The position numbers and the translations under genes were made by a program. A stretch of DNA of 64,000 nt from Janthinobacterium lividum (GTDB lineage: Bacteria; Bacteroidota; Bacteroidia; Cytophagales; Hymenobacteraceae). Below the pieces are notes generated by a model. The model ran no database searches. It was not told where the DNA came from and saw nothing but the letters and a program-made list of their open reading frames with translations. This document shows positions 37,366 to 47,389 of the stretch, in pieces. Positions within the stretch are counted from its first letter, which is position 1. Each line of letters starts with the position of its first letter. The stretch spans positions 11,910-75,909 of the forward strand of contig JBPBPU010000005.1 of assembly GCA_050954465.1 (NCBI GenBank), given 5' to 3'.

Positions 37366-39021
37366 TCACGGCTTATTCGAGTCCACCACCACGCGCTCGT
37401 CCCGGTTGGCCAGTTCCCAGGCTGTAAAAAACACCAGCCGTGCCCGTGCTTCCAGCTTGTCAAACTCAATTTTGCTCACCTCATCGCTCGCCTCGTGGTA
37501 GTCGGCGTGCACGCCATTGAAGAAGAAAGCTACCGGGATTTTGTGCACCGCGAAGTTGTAGTGGTCGGAGCGGTAATAAAACCGGTTCGGGTCCTCAGGG
37601 TCGTTGAAGCGGAAATCCAGGTTGAGGTTGCCGTGCTGCTCGTTGGCGGCCAGCAGCACCGCGTGCAGCTGCGACGATAATTTGTCGCTCCCAATCACGT
37701 ACACGTAGTCGGGCTTGCCCTCGTGGCCCACGTCGGTGCGCCCAATCATGTCGATGTTGAGGTCGGCCACGGTGGCGGCCAGCGGGTACACCGGGTGCGA
37801 GGTGTAGTACTCCGAGCCCAGCAGCCCCTTTTCTTCGCCCGTATTGGCCAGGAATAGGAGGCTGCGGCGCGGTCCGTGCCCGGCGTGCGCGGCCCGCGTA
37901 AACGCCCGCGCCAGCGCCAGCATTCCCACCGTGCCCGAGCCGTCGTCGTCGGCCCCGTTGTACACCTGCCCGTTGATGATGCCGAGGTGGTCGTAGTGCG
38001 CCGACACTACCAGGATTTCGTCTTTTTTATCGGTGCCCGGCAAGAAGCCTAAAACATTTTCAGTGCTCACCGTCGTGCGTTCCTGCGCGGCGTTAACGGT
38101 GAATTTCACGGGCTTGAATTTGCCCGTTGCGGGCGCTTTGGCCGCCGCCGTTTGGTAGGCTTTCAGGGCCGCCTCTTTGGCACCGAGCAGCTTGAGCCCG
38201 AGCGCCGACGAGACAAAAAACGCGGGTGCCCGCCCGGCCGGCTGGTCGGCAAAGGCAATGGTGGGCTGCATGAGGCGCGGCCCGAGGCGGGTGGCCATTT
38301 TCTGGAAATTCGCGACAGGTTCCAGGCTCACGAAAAACACGCTACGGGCACCTTTTTGCGCAGCCAAAGCAGCTTTAGCGCGGTAGTCGACGCCCCACTT
38401 GGTGGGGGTGCCGTCGGCGCTGAGAGCCGGCTTGCCATCGGCTGTGCGTGGTTCCCCGAGCAGCATGAGCACGTCCCTGCCTTTCACATCGTGCCCGGCG
38501 TAGTCGGAGTAGGTGCCCTGCTCGATGCCGTAGCCCACAAATACCGGCTGCACCACGGCCCCGGCCTGGAACGGCGAGCGGCCGACAGCATAAAAATCGG
38601 TGAGCCACTGGTAGGTGGTGCCGCCCGCTGCCAGCGTGCCGCCCGGCTGCCAGGCACTACGCTCTAGGCCAAAGGTTTGCAAGTAGGGGTTAGCCGTACC
38701 GGGCACCGGGGCCGTCAGGCTGTCGAGGGCGAACTGCTGACTAATGTAGGCCGCCGCCATTTTTTGGCCTTTGGTACCGGTTTCGCGGCCCTCGTACTCG
38801 TCCGAAGCCAGCACGCTCAAGTCGCGGCGCAGGTTTTCCTGGGTGATGTAGCGCTCGGCGTAGGCCGTGGCTGGGTCGGCGGCTTGCGGGGGCACCAGCA
38901 CCGGGCCGTGCGGGGCCACGCCACCGTCGGCAGAATTCTTGGTTTTGATTTTGACTTTGGCGGGCTGAGCCAGCAGCGCGGCGGGCAGCGACAGGGCAGC
39001 AAGCAGGAAGAGATGTTTCAT
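37366..39021 (-). CDS. M28-family aminopeptidase (secreted)
   Basis: Has a signal peptide. Motifs seen: SAHYDHLG, GADDDGSGTVGMLALARAF, TGEEKGLLGSEYY, HADYHEASD. Confidence 0.85.
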   Translation of the reverse strand: MKHLFLLAALSLPAALLAQPAKVKIKTKNSADGGVAPHGPVLVPPQAADPATAYAERYITQENLRRDLSVLASDEYEGRETGTKGQKMAAAYISQQFALDSLTAPVPGTANPYLQTFGLERSAWQPGGTLAAGGTTYQWLTDFYAVGRSPFQAGAVVQPVFVGYGIEQGTYSDYAGHDVKGRDVLMLLGEPRTADGKPALSADGTPTKWGVDYRAKAALAAQKGARSVFFVSLEPVANFQKMATRLGPRLMQPTIAFADQPAGRAPAFFVSSALGLKLLGAKEAALKAYQTAAAKAPATGKFKPVKFTVNAAQERTTVSTENVLGFLPGTDKKDEILVVSAHYDHLGIINGQVYNGADDDGSGTVGMLALARAFTRAAHAGHGPRRSLLFLANTGEEKGLLGSEYYTSHPVYPLAATVADLNIDMIGRTDVGHEGKPDYVYVIGSDKLSSQLHAVLLAANEQHGNLNLDFRFNDPEDPNRFYYRSDHYNFAVHKIPVAFFFNGVHADYHEASDEVSKIEFDKLEARARLVFFTAWELANRDERVVVDSNKP

Positions 39022-39051
39022 ATAAGTCCTTGTTGTACAATTTTATACGAT

Positions 39052-39155
39052 ATAGAGACGCATCTTTGCGTCTCGTCGTTAGCTTCGCTGACCTTCGGTT
39101 GTTTGAAACACGCCAGTAGTCTCTTCAACGACGAGACGCAAAGATGCGTCTCTAC
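39052..39155. repeat. palindromic REP-like element (GTAGAGACG family), copy 2
   Basis: 29-bp arms at 39052-39080 and 39127-39155 with 1 mismatch, at the first base (ATAG vs GTAG). The spacer shares the core with copy 1, but its central ~25 nt are in inverted orientation. Confidence 0.9.
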
Positions 39156-39174
39156 ATGCAGCCGGATACCAAAT

Positions 39175-39654
39175 TTACTCTTTGGTAATCAGCACCGTAG
39201 CATAGGCCGCCACGCCTTCTTGCCGGCCCACAAAACCCAGCTTTTCGGTGGTAGTGGCCTTGATGGAAATGGCGTCCTCGTCCACCTGCATCACCTGGGC
39301 CAGCACTTGGCGCATGGCCGGAATGTGGGGGTTTACTTTGGGCTGTTCGAGGCAGATGGTGGAGTCGATGTTGCCGATTTCGTAGCCGCGCTCGCGCAGC
39401 AGCTGCACTACGCCGGTCAGCAGCTTTTTGCTGTCGATGCCTTTGTACTGCGGGTCGGTGTCGGGAAAGTGAAAGCCTATGTCGCGTAGGTTGGCGGCCC
39501 CCAGCAGGGCGTCGCAGATAACGTGGATGAGCACGTCGGCATCGGAGTGGCCGAGGGCGCCGTGGGTGTGCGGCACCTCGATGCCGCCGAGCCAGAAGGG
39601 CAGGCCCGGCTGAAGCTGGTGGACGTCGTAGCCGAAGCCAACGCGGATTTTCAT
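39175..39654 (-). CDS. ispF: 2-C-methyl-D-erythritol 2,4-cyclodiphosphate synthase
   Basis: Motifs seen: RVGFGYDVHQL, GHSDADVLIHVICDALLGA, ATTTEKLGFVGR. Confidence 0.95.
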   Translation of the reverse strand: MKIRVGFGYDVHQLQPGLPFWLGGIEVPHTHGALGHSDADVLIHVICDALLGAANLRDIGFHFPDTDPQYKGIDSKKLLTGVVQLLRERGYEIGNIDSTICLEQPKVNPHIPAMRQVLAQVMQVDEDAISIKATTTEKLGFVGRQEGVAAYATVLITKE

Positions 39655-39920
39655 GGAAGCGGGTTTGAAAGGAAGAGGCGCAAAGGTATTTGCCAGGAAT
39701 ACGCAGAAATCCCCCGGCTAGCTGGCCGAAAATATTTCCAACAAAAATAGCAATACTTTTCAACTAATTTCATTAGCTTCGTATAATCAAACCCGCTAAC
39801 TGTCAAGCGCTGTCCGGCAGTAGCGCAAATTTTATGGTAGCGATTAAAGTAAACTAGGCTGCGCTGCGTCAACGCTCAGGTAAAATCAGTTGGCACGGAG
39901 GACTGACAGAGAAATAAGCT

Positions 39921-39948
39921 GGAAACTTGAAACTCATTAAAAGTTTCC
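39921..39948. promoter_or_regulatory. candidate TetR operator
   Basis: The inverted repeat GGAAACTT-N12-AAGTTTCC ends 23 nt upstream of the TetR-family start codon, in an AT-rich divergent intergenic region. Confidence 0.3.
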
Positions 39949-39970
39949 GGTGTATCTTTGCACCAGTAAC

Positions 39971-40585
39971 ATGGACATCAAAGACCGCATTTCTCAGTTT
40001 GCCTCCTCGCTGTTTTGGCGCAACGGCGTCCGTAGCGTGAGCATGGACGACATTGCCGCCGGACTGGCCATGTCGAAAAAAACCCTCTACAAAAGCTTCG
40101 ACAACAAAGACGAGCTGGTGCTGGCCGTGATGCAGCGGCAGCTCACCGACTCGCAGAGCCAATGCACCCGCGTAGCCGGCGAGGCCGCCAACGCCGTGGA
40201 AGAAATGGTGAACATCTCGCGCTGGGCCGAGCAGCAGTTCAGCCACATTCACCCCGGCATTTTTTACGACCTGCGCAAGTACCACCCCCAGGCGTGGGAG
40301 CTGTTTATGGCGCACAAAAAGACGTTCATCCTCACCCAGATAACCAACAACCTGCGGCGCGGCATCGCCGAGGGCCTCTTCCGGCCCGACCTCGACGTGG
40401 ACGTGCTTGCCCGCCTCAGCCTGGCCCAGATTGAGCTGGCCTTCGACCCGGAGCTGTACCCAACGGCCGACTTCACGCTGGCGCGGGTCAACCGGGTGTT
40501 CGACGAGCACTTTCTGCTCGGCGTGGCTACGCTCAAAGGGCACCGGCTCATCAATACATACCAACACATTTCGGAGGAAGAATAA
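39971..40585 (+). CDS. TetR/AcrR-family transcriptional regulator
   Basis: N-terminal HTH VRSVSMDDIAAGLAMSKKTLYKSF. It lies first in the efflux gene cluster. Confidence 0.85.
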   Translation: MDIKDRISQFASSLFWRNGVRSVSMDDIAAGLAMSKKTLYKSFDNKDELVLAVMQRQLTDSQSQCTRVAGEAANAVEEMVNISRWAEQQFSHIHPGIFYDLRKYHPQAWELFMAHKKTFILTQITNNLRRGIAEGLFRPDLDVDVLARLSLAQIELAFDPELYPTADFTLARVNRVFDEHFLLGVATLKGHRLINTYQHISEEE

Positions 40586-40624
40586 GCTGTTTACCGGCTT
40601 GCGTTCCTTCTTTTCTATTCACGT

Positions 40625-42298
40625 ATGAGTAACCTCCTGCTACGCCCCTTAGTGGCCGTGCTGCTTGGCACCGCGCCCCTGGCTGGGCTGGCCCAAAGCC
40701 GCCCGGCCGCGCTGCCCGACCAGCCCGGTGCCGGGCCAATGAGCCTGAGCTTGTCGCAAGCCGTGCACTACGCTGTGCAAAACCGCCCCAGCCTGCAGGC
40801 CACGCGCCTGGCCCAGCAAACTGCCCACGCCAAAGTCGGCGAAATCAAAGCTGCCGGCTTGCCGCAACTCAACCTGGCCGCCAACGTGGCCGACAACTTC
40901 AAGCTGCAAAAGTCGCTGGTCGATTTTTCGAGCTTCGGGGGCGGCACCGTCCTCAGCGGCACCACCCTCACCCAGGCCGACATTGCCAAAGCGCAAGCCG
41001 GGCAGGCTGTCACGCTGAACCCCGCCTACACGGCGGTAGCGTCTACCGGGCCGCAGCCGTTTGCGTTCGGCCTCCAATACGCTGGCAACAGCAGCCTCTC
41101 GTTGTCACAGCAACTCTTCGATGGCTCGTATCTCATTGGTCTGAAGGCTTCTAAGGTGTACGAGGAGTTGTCGAAAAAGCAAACGCAGCAGGCCGAAATC
41201 GACGTGGTGGAGCAGGTAAGCAAGGCGTATTACAGCACGCTCGTGGCCCGCTCGCGCCTTACCCTGCTCTCGCGCAACGTGCAGCGCCTCGACACCCTGC
41301 TCTACCAAACCAGCCAGACGTTCAAGGCTGGTTTCGCCGAAAAGCTCGACGTAGACCGCCTGCGCGTGCAGCGCAACAACCTGGTGGTGGAGCAGCAACG
41401 AGCGCAACGCCTCACCGAGTTGAGCCTAGCCCTGCTCAAGTTTCAGATGGGCCTAGCCCAGACCCAGGGCGTGCAGCTTACCGACTCGCTCGGCGCGGCC
41501 GTAGTGGATGCCGGGGCGTTGCGCCGCCGCCTGGGCGTGGCCAACTTCAGCACGGGCGGCAGCAATAACGGCTCCGTGCCCACGGCCCCGGTGCCGACGG
41601 CCGGCGCGGGCGCCGACCAGGCCCGCCGGGACCAGCAGTCGGCCCTGAGTGGTGGACAGCCACCCCAGGCCGCTGCGGCGTTCAACTATAATAACCGCAT
41701 CGAATTTTCGACCCTCGAAACCCAGCAGGCGCTGGCGGGTCTCGACATCCGCAGCCGCACGGCCGGGGCGTATCCGCGCCTCGTGTTTTCGGCGGCCTAC
41801 GGCTTCAGCGGCTCGGCCCCCACGGCGGGCGACCTGTTTGCTTTCCGGGGGCCCGACTCGCGCAACTCGGCGGGCTACCTCAACCAGAACTGGTTTGGCT
41901 TCGGCAACGTGGGGTTGGGCCTCACGGTGCCCGTGTTTGATGGCTTCCGCCGCAAGTACCAGATTCAGCAGTCGCGCATTGCCCAGCAGACCATTGAGAA
42001 AGGCTTCGAGACGCTGCGCCAAAGCATTGACCTGCAGGATGCGCAGAGCCGCACTACCCTTATCAACGCCCTCGACGTGCTCGATAACCAGCGTGCTAAC
42101 CTCGACCTGGCTGCCGACGTGGCCCGCGTGTCGCGCATCAAGTTCCAGGCCGGCGTAGGCTCGAACCTGGAAGTGATAACCGCCGAAACCTCGTTGCGCG
42201 AGTCGCAAACCAACTACTACTCGGCTATTTATGACGTGCTGGTAGCCAAGGTAGACCGCGACAAGGCAACGGGCGAGCTGTACTCGCAGGCCAAGTAA
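40625..42298 (+). CDS. TolC-family outer-membrane efflux protein
   Basis: Has a signal peptide and two halves of coiled-coil/beta OEP repeat architecture (LSLSQAVHYAVQNRPSLQA...; later ...QQSRIAQQTIEKGFETLRQSI...). It lies upstream of the MFP and RND genes. Confidence 0.85.
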   Translation: MSNLLLRPLVAVLLGTAPLAGLAQSRPAALPDQPGAGPMSLSLSQAVHYAVQNRPSLQATRLAQQTAHAKVGEIKAAGLPQLNLAANVADNFKLQKSLVDFSSFGGGTVLSGTTLTQADIAKAQAGQAVTLNPAYTAVASTGPQPFAFGLQYAGNSSLSLSQQLFDGSYLIGLKASKVYEELSKKQTQQAEIDVVEQVSKAYYSTLVARSRLTLLSRNVQRLDTLLYQTSQTFKAGFAEKLDVDRLRVQRNNLVVEQQRAQRLTELSLALLKFQMGLAQTQGVQLTDSLGAAVVDAGALRRRLGVANFSTGGSNNGSVPTAPVPTAGAGADQARRDQQSALSGGQPPQAAAAFNYNNRIEFSTLETQQALAGLDIRSRTAGAYPRLVFSAAYGFSGSAPTAGDLFAFRGPDSRNSAGYLNQNWFGFGNVGLGLTVPVFDGFRRKYQIQQSRIAQQTIEKGFETLRQSIDLQDAQSRTTLINALDVLDNQRANLDLAADVARVSRIKFQAGVGSNLEVITAETSLRESQTNYYSAIYDVLVAKVDRDKATGELYSQAK

Positions 42299-42317
42299 TC
42301 TATCTGTAACACTTTAT

Positions 42318-42475
42318 AAGAACGTCAGGCAAAAAGGCGGTCATGCTCATCTAGCGTACGCTTGCCGAAGCATCTTGCTCGCCAACTAACTCAATCGGTT
42401 GCGCCGCTGACTCTCGGTTCAATGACGCGAGCGAAATGCTTCGGCAAGCGTACGCTAGATGAGCATGACGTTCTT
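42318..42475. repeat. palindromic element (AAGAACGTCA / TTGCCGAAGCAT family) between the TolC and MFP genes
   Basis: 43-bp arms at 42340-42382 and 42427-42469 with 2 mismatches. The outer AAGAACGTCA / TGACGTTCTT ends are at 42318-42327 and 42466-42475. The left arm carries a 12-nt insertion (GGCAAAAAGGCG). Confidence 0.85.
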
Positions 42476-42495
42476 TTTATCCCGTTCTATTTCTC

Positions 42496-43623
42496 ATGAC
42501 TAAGAACACCTTTCTCCTACTCGCCGCCACGGCTGCCCTTGCCTCTTGCGGCGGCGGTGCCAAAGACCCCAAGGCTGAGCTAGCCAAGCTCAAGGCCGAC
42601 CAGGCTGCTACCCAGGCCAAAATAGCCGACCTAGAAGCCAAAACCGGCGCGGGAGCCAAAGACTCGGCCAATGCCGCCGTGCCAGTGTCGGTGCTGAAAG
42701 TGGCCCCCGAGAATTTCGCTGGCTTCCTCGACGTGCAGGGCCGGGTCGATTTCGACCAAAGCTCTACCGTAAGCTCGCGGGCGGCGGGTACCCTCACCAC
42801 GGTGCGCGTGCAGCGCGGCGACCAGGTGCGCAAAGGCCAGATACTCGCCACCGTAGATGCCAGTGTGCTCGAAGCCAGCTTGGCCGAGCTGCGCACCCGC
42901 ATGGACTTGGCCCGCACCGTGTATGAAAAGCAGGCCAGCCTCTGGAAACAGCAGATTGGCACCGAAATTCAGTACCTGCAGGCCAAAAACAACTACGAGG
43001 CGCTGCAACGCAACCTCTCCACCATCAACCAGCAAAAGGCGCTCTACAACGTGGTGGCACCCTACGCCGGCACCGTGGATAACGTGCTGCCCAAGCTCGG
43101 CGAAACTGTGGCCCCCGGCACGCCCGTGGCGCAGCTCAACAGCGGGCAAGGCGGCAAAATCCTGGCCGACGTATCGGAAGCCTACGCGGGCAGCATCAAG
43201 GCCGGCGACAAGGCGATGGTGAGCTTGCCCGACCTTGGCACCACCGAGATTGCGAGCACCGTGCGCACCGTGAGCCGCAATATTTCGGCCACCAGCCGCA
43301 CCTTCACCGTGGAGCTGCGCCTGCCCACCAATAAGGCCAGCCAGCTGCGCTCCAACATGATAGCCACCGTGCGCATCCAGAACTACGGCCACCAGAACGC
43401 CACCGTGCTGCCCGTAGACCTGGTGCAGCACGACGAGCAGAACGCCTACGTGCTGGTGGTAAACCAGTCAACAGGCAAGCCCGTGGCCCAGAAGCGCATT
43501 ATTAAAGTAGGCCAGACTTACAACGGCAAAGTGGAAGTAACCAGCGGCCTCAAAGACGGCGACTCGGTTATTTCGGCTGGGTATCAGAATTTGAATGAGG
43601 GGCAGATGGTAAAAATCAGCTAA
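42496..43623 (+). CDS. efflux RND transporter periplasmic adaptor (membrane fusion protein)
   Basis: Lipobox [11 protein letters not shown]|GGG. Has a coiled-coil hairpin region and barrel domains ([19 protein letters not shown]..., [12 protein letters not shown], ...VKIS). Confidence 0.9.
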   Translation: MTKNTFLLLAATAALASCGGGAKDPKAELAKLKADQAATQAKIADLEAKTGAGAKDSANAAVPVSVLKVAPENFAGFLDVQGRVDFDQSSTVSSRAAGTLTTVRVQRGDQVRKGQILATVDASVLEASLAELRTRMDLARTVYEKQASLWKQQIGTEIQYLQAKNNYEALQRNLSTINQQKALYNVVAPYAGTVDNVLPKLGETVAPGTPVAQLNSGQGGKILADVSEAYAGSIKAGDKAMVSLPDLGTTEIASTVRTVSRNISATSRTFTVELRLPTNKASQLRSNMIATVRIQNYGHQNATVLPVDLVQHDEQNAYVLVVNQSTGKPVAQKRIIKVGQTYNGKVEVTSGLKDGDSVISAGYQNLNEGQMVKIS

Positions 43624-43629
43624 TACGGG

Positions 43630-43770
43630 TCGCCCTCCGGGGCTCACCCCACCCCCCGGCCCCCTCCCCTTCGGGAGAGGGGGAGCCACGGCGGCGCAGT
43701 TATGAAGTCGTCAGGCTCCCCCTCTCCCGAAGGGGAGGGGGCCGGGGGGTGGGGTGAGCGCGGAGGGCGA
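43630..43770. repeat. GC-rich palindromic element (CCCCTCCCC...GGGGAGGGG family) between the MFP and RND genes
   Basis: About 57-bp arms at 43630-43687 and 43714-43770, near-perfect (one indel and one mismatch). Each arm has its own sub-hairpin. The element accounts for the spurious first 34 codons of track ORF 43702. Confidence 0.85.
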
Positions 43771-43803
43771 TTTGCCATACTCCCGCAATTAAAGAATATC
43801 ATT

Positions 43804-46800
43804 ATGCAGGACACCGAAAAAGAATTTGGGCCCACCAGCTGGTCCATCAATAATAAAACCAGCATCTACATCATCACCTTGATGCTGACGATTGCCGGGC
43901 TGTTTGCCTACGTGAAGCTGGGCAAAGAGAAATTTCCCGACATCGTGATTCCGCGCATCATCGTGGCCACGGTGTACCCCGGCACGTCGCCGACGGACAT
44001 TGAGAACTTGGTGACGCGCCAACTCGAAAAGGAAATCAAGGGCGTGAATGGGGTGAAAAAAATCAACTCCACTTCCAACCAGGATTACTGCATCGTGGAC
44101 GTGGAGTTTAACTCCGGCGTGAACGTGCAGGCCGCCAAGCAGCTCATCAAGGATGCCGTGGACAAGGCAGCCACCGAGCTGCCCAACGACCTGCCCGCTG
44201 CCCCTATCGTGAAGGAGGTCAACATCTCGGAGCAGCCCATTATGTACGTCAACCTAAGCGGCAACCTACCCGCCGCCCAGCTCAAAAAGCTCGCCGACGA
44301 CTTCCAGGACAAGATTGAGGCGCTGCCCGAAATCACTCGCGTGGACATTGTGGGCGCCCTGGAGCAGCAGGTAAACGTGGATGTGGACTTGTACAAGCTG
44401 CAAGCCTCACAGCTCAGCTTTTCGGATATTGAGCGGGCTATTGCCAGTGAAAACATCACCGTATCGGGCGGCAGCATCGACGTGGGAGCGCAGAAGCGCG
44501 CCGTGCGCGTGGCCGGCCAGTACGTGCGGGCCGAAGACATTGCCAACATTCAAATAAAAAACCTGCGCGGGGCGCCGCTGCGGCTCGGCGACATTGCTAC
44601 CGTCACGGATGGCTTCAAAGACCGCGAAAGCTTCGCCCGCCTCGATGGGCAGTCGTCGGTGGCGCTGAACGTGGTGAAGCGCCAGGGCGAAAACCTGCTC
44701 GATGCCTCCGACAAGATTCATGCGCTGGTGAGAGAATCGGAGCTAACGTCTCCCAAGGGCCTGAAAATCACGATTACGGGCGACTCGTCCAACGACACCC
44801 GCAACACCCTCAACGACCTGATTAACACCATCATCATTGGCTTTTTGCTGGTGACCTTGATTCTCATGTTCTTCATGGGCACCACCAACGCGCTGTTCGT
44901 GGGCTTGTCGGTGCCGCTGAGTATGTTCCTGGCCTTCGTGATGCTGCCCACGCTGGGCTTCTCGCTCAATATGATTGTGCTCTTCGCCTTCTTGCTGGCG
45001 CTGGGTATTGTGGTGGATGACGCCATTGTGGTAATTGAAAATACCCACCGCCTGCTGCACGAGCACCCCGACCTGAGCACGCCCAAGGCCGCCAAATTTG
45101 CGGCGGGCGAGGTATTTGTGCCGGTGCTGGCGGGCACGCTTACCACGGTAGCGCCGTTTGTGCCGCTGATGTTCTGGCCGGGCATTGTGGGCTCGTTTAT
45201 GTTCTACCTGCCGGTTACGCTCATCCTCACACTGGGCGCGTCGCTCATCGTGGCCTTCATCATGAACCCCGTGTTTGCCGTGACCTTCATGCAGCGCGAG
45301 GAACACCTCGACAAAGTGGAAACGCCCAAGCTGACGCGCAATTTCCTGCTTGGTATGGGCGGGTTGCTACTGGTGGCGGTAGCAGGCTACCTAGCTGGCT
45401 CGAAGTTTTTGGGCAATTTGATGATGACTATTATCATCCTTTGCTTCCTCGACAAGTATGTGTTTGTGTACATGATAGCTGCCTTCCAGCGCAGCATTCT
45501 GCCGCGTTTCCAGGACGGCTACGCCCGCGTGGTGGAGCTAGCCGTGACGGGCAGCATCTGGCGGCAGGTGGCCATCATGGGTAGTCTGGTGCTGTTGTTC
45601 ATCGGCAGCGTTATGGCCGTGGGTGCCCGTAAGCCCAAGGTAGACTTCTTCCCCAAAGGCGACCCTAAGTTCGTTTACACCTACCTGCGCATGCCGGTGG
45701 GCACCCGCGTGGAAGTTACCGACTCCGTGACCCGCCAGATTGAGAAGCGGATGTACAAGGTTATCGGCGAGCACAACCCCGACGTGGAATCGGTGCTGAC
45801 CAACGTAGCCATCGGCGCGGGGGACCCTAGCGAAGCTACCGCAGCGGGCACCTCGCAGTCGCACTTGGGCAAGGTAGGTATCGCCTTCAAAGAGCTAAGC
45901 CAGCGCACCGGCAAGGCTACCCACATCTACATGGACGAAATTCGGGAGGCCGTCAAAGGCATTCCGGGCGCCGAAGTATCGGTAGACCAGGAAGCCAGCG
46001 GCCCGCCGCAGGGCAAGGCGGTGGCCATTGAGGTAGCGGGCGACGACTACCCCAAGCTAGCCGCGTTGAGCAAGAAAGTAGAGCGTTATATCGACTCGCT
46101 CAAAATCGGCGGCATCGAGGATTTGCGCTCCGATTTGCAGGACCGCAACCCCGAAATCGGGGTAAGCATCAACCGCACCCGCGCCAACCGCGAGGGCATC
46201 AGCACCGGCCAGATTGGCTCGGAGGTGCGCACAGCCATCTACGGCTTCGAGGCCAGCAAATTCAAGACCCCCGACGACGAATACCCCATCCAGGTACGCT
46301 ACGCCAAGCCTTACCGCGATAACGTAGACGCTATTATGAACGCGCCGCTCTCGTTCCGTGACATCAGCAACGGCTCGGTGCGGCAGGTGCCAATTTCGGC
46401 TGTGGCCGACGTGAACTACGGCACCACCTACGGCGGCATCAAGCGCAAAGACACCCACCGCCTCATCACCGTTAGCTCCAACGTGCTCAACGGCTTCACC
46501 GGCCCCGACGTGGTGGCCAACGTAGAGCGGGCCCTCAGGAGCTTTCCCACGCCGCCCGGCTACACCGTGCGCATGGGCGGGGCCCAGGAAGACCAGAAAG
46601 AAACCAGCTCCTTCCTTGGCGTAGCCGGCATCGGCGCGCTGGCCCTCATTTTCCTGGTGCTTGTCACGCAGTTCAACTCGGTGAGCAAGCCGCTCATCAT
46701 CCTTACCGAAGTTATCTTCTCCATCATCGGCGTGATGCTGGGCTTGGCTATTACGGGCATGAACATCAGCATCGTGATGACGGGCGTGGGCGTTATCGCA

Positions 46801-47250
46801 CTGGCCGGTATTGTGGTGAAAAACGGGATTCTACTGGTTGAATTCACCGATATGCTGCGCAGCCAGGGCATGAACCTGCACGATGCGCTGGTGCTGGCTG
46901 GCCGCACCCGCCTCAACCCGGTTATTCTCACGGCCACTGCCGCTATTCTGGGCCTTATTCCGCTGGCGGTGGGGCTCAATATCGACTTTTATGAGCTGTT
47001 CAACTCAGGCCACGGGCACTTCTACCTCGGCGGCGAGTCGGTGGTATTCTGGGGGCCGCTGGCGTGGACGATAATTTTTGGGTTGTCGTTTGCAACCCTT
47101 GTTACGCTTTTGGTAGTCCCGGTTATGTATCTGCTCAATGAGAAGATACATGCTGCCTTTGCGGGCCGCGACGTGAACAGCCCGCCTGCCGCCGTGTCCA
47201 TTGCGGACCACGAGGAAGTAGCGGCCGCTACGCCGCCCGTGCTGGCCTAG
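43804..47250 (+). CDS. efflux RND transporter permease (AcrB/HAE1-like)
   Basis: 1148 aa with 12-TM topology and two large periplasmic loops. Typical blocks are present (SWSINNKTSIYIITLML, GIVVDDAIVVIEN, GIVVKNGILLVEF). Confidence 0.95.
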   Translation: MQDTEKEFGPTSWSINNKTSIYIITLMLTIAGLFAYVKLGKEKFPDIVIPRIIVATVYPGTSPTDIENLVTRQLEKEIKGVNGVKKINSTSNQDYCIVDVEFNSGVNVQAAKQLIKDAVDKAATELPNDLPAAPIVKEVNISEQPIMYVNLSGNLPAAQLKKLADDFQDKIEALPEITRVDIVGALEQQVNVDVDLYKLQASQLSFSDIERAIASENITVSGGSIDVGAQKRAVRVAGQYVRAEDIANIQIKNLRGAPLRLGDIATVTDGFKDRESFARLDGQSSVALNVVKRQGENLLDASDKIHALVRESELTSPKGLKITITGDSSNDTRNTLNDLINTIIIGFLLVTLILMFFMGTTNALFVGLSVPLSMFLAFVMLPTLGFSLNMIVLFAFLLALGIVVDDAIVVIENTHRLLHEHPDLSTPKAAKFAAGEVFVPVLAGTLTTVAPFVPLMFWPGIVGSFMFYLPVTLILTLGASLIVAFIMNPVFAVTFMQREEHLDKVETPKLTRNFLLGMGGLLLVAVAGYLAGSKFLGNLMMTIIILCFLDKYVFVYMIAAFQRSILPRFQDGYARVVELAVTGSIWRQVAIMGSLVLLFIGSVMAVGARKPKVDFFPKGDPKFVYTYLRMPVGTRVEVTDSVTRQIEKRMYKVIGEHNPDVESVLTNVAIGAGDPSEATAAGTSQSHLGKVGIAFKELSQRTGKATHIYMDEIREAVKGIPGAEVSVDQEASGPPQGKAVAIEVAGDDYPKLAALSKKVERYIDSLKIGGIEDLRSDLQDRNPEIGVSINRTRANREGISTGQIGSEVRTAIYGFEASKFKTPDDEYPIQVRYAKPYRDNVDAIMNAPLSFRDISNGSVRQVPISAVADVNYGTTYGGIKRKDTHRLITVSSNVLNGFTGPDVVANVERALRSFPTPPGYTVRMGGAQEDQKETSSFLGVAGIGALALIFLVLVTQFNSVSKPLIILTEVIFSIIGVMLGLAITGMNISIVMTGVGVIALAGIVVKNGILLVEFTDMLRSQGMNLHDALVLAGRTRLNPVILTATAAILGLIPLAVGLNIDFYELFNSGHGHFYLGGESVVFWGPLAWTIIFGLSFATLVTLLVVPVMYLLNEKIHAAFAGRDVNSPPAAVSIADHEEVAAATPPVLA

Positions 47251-47389
47251 TTGTTGCAGGATGCCGATTATCGGTTGGTGGCTGGCCGGCAGCCAGTAGC
47301 TGCTGATTGGTAATCGGCATTCTGCTCAACTAGTTACCCCGCCACATTTTCCTGTTTGCCTATTTCTGCACCCTTACTTTCTATTGTTT

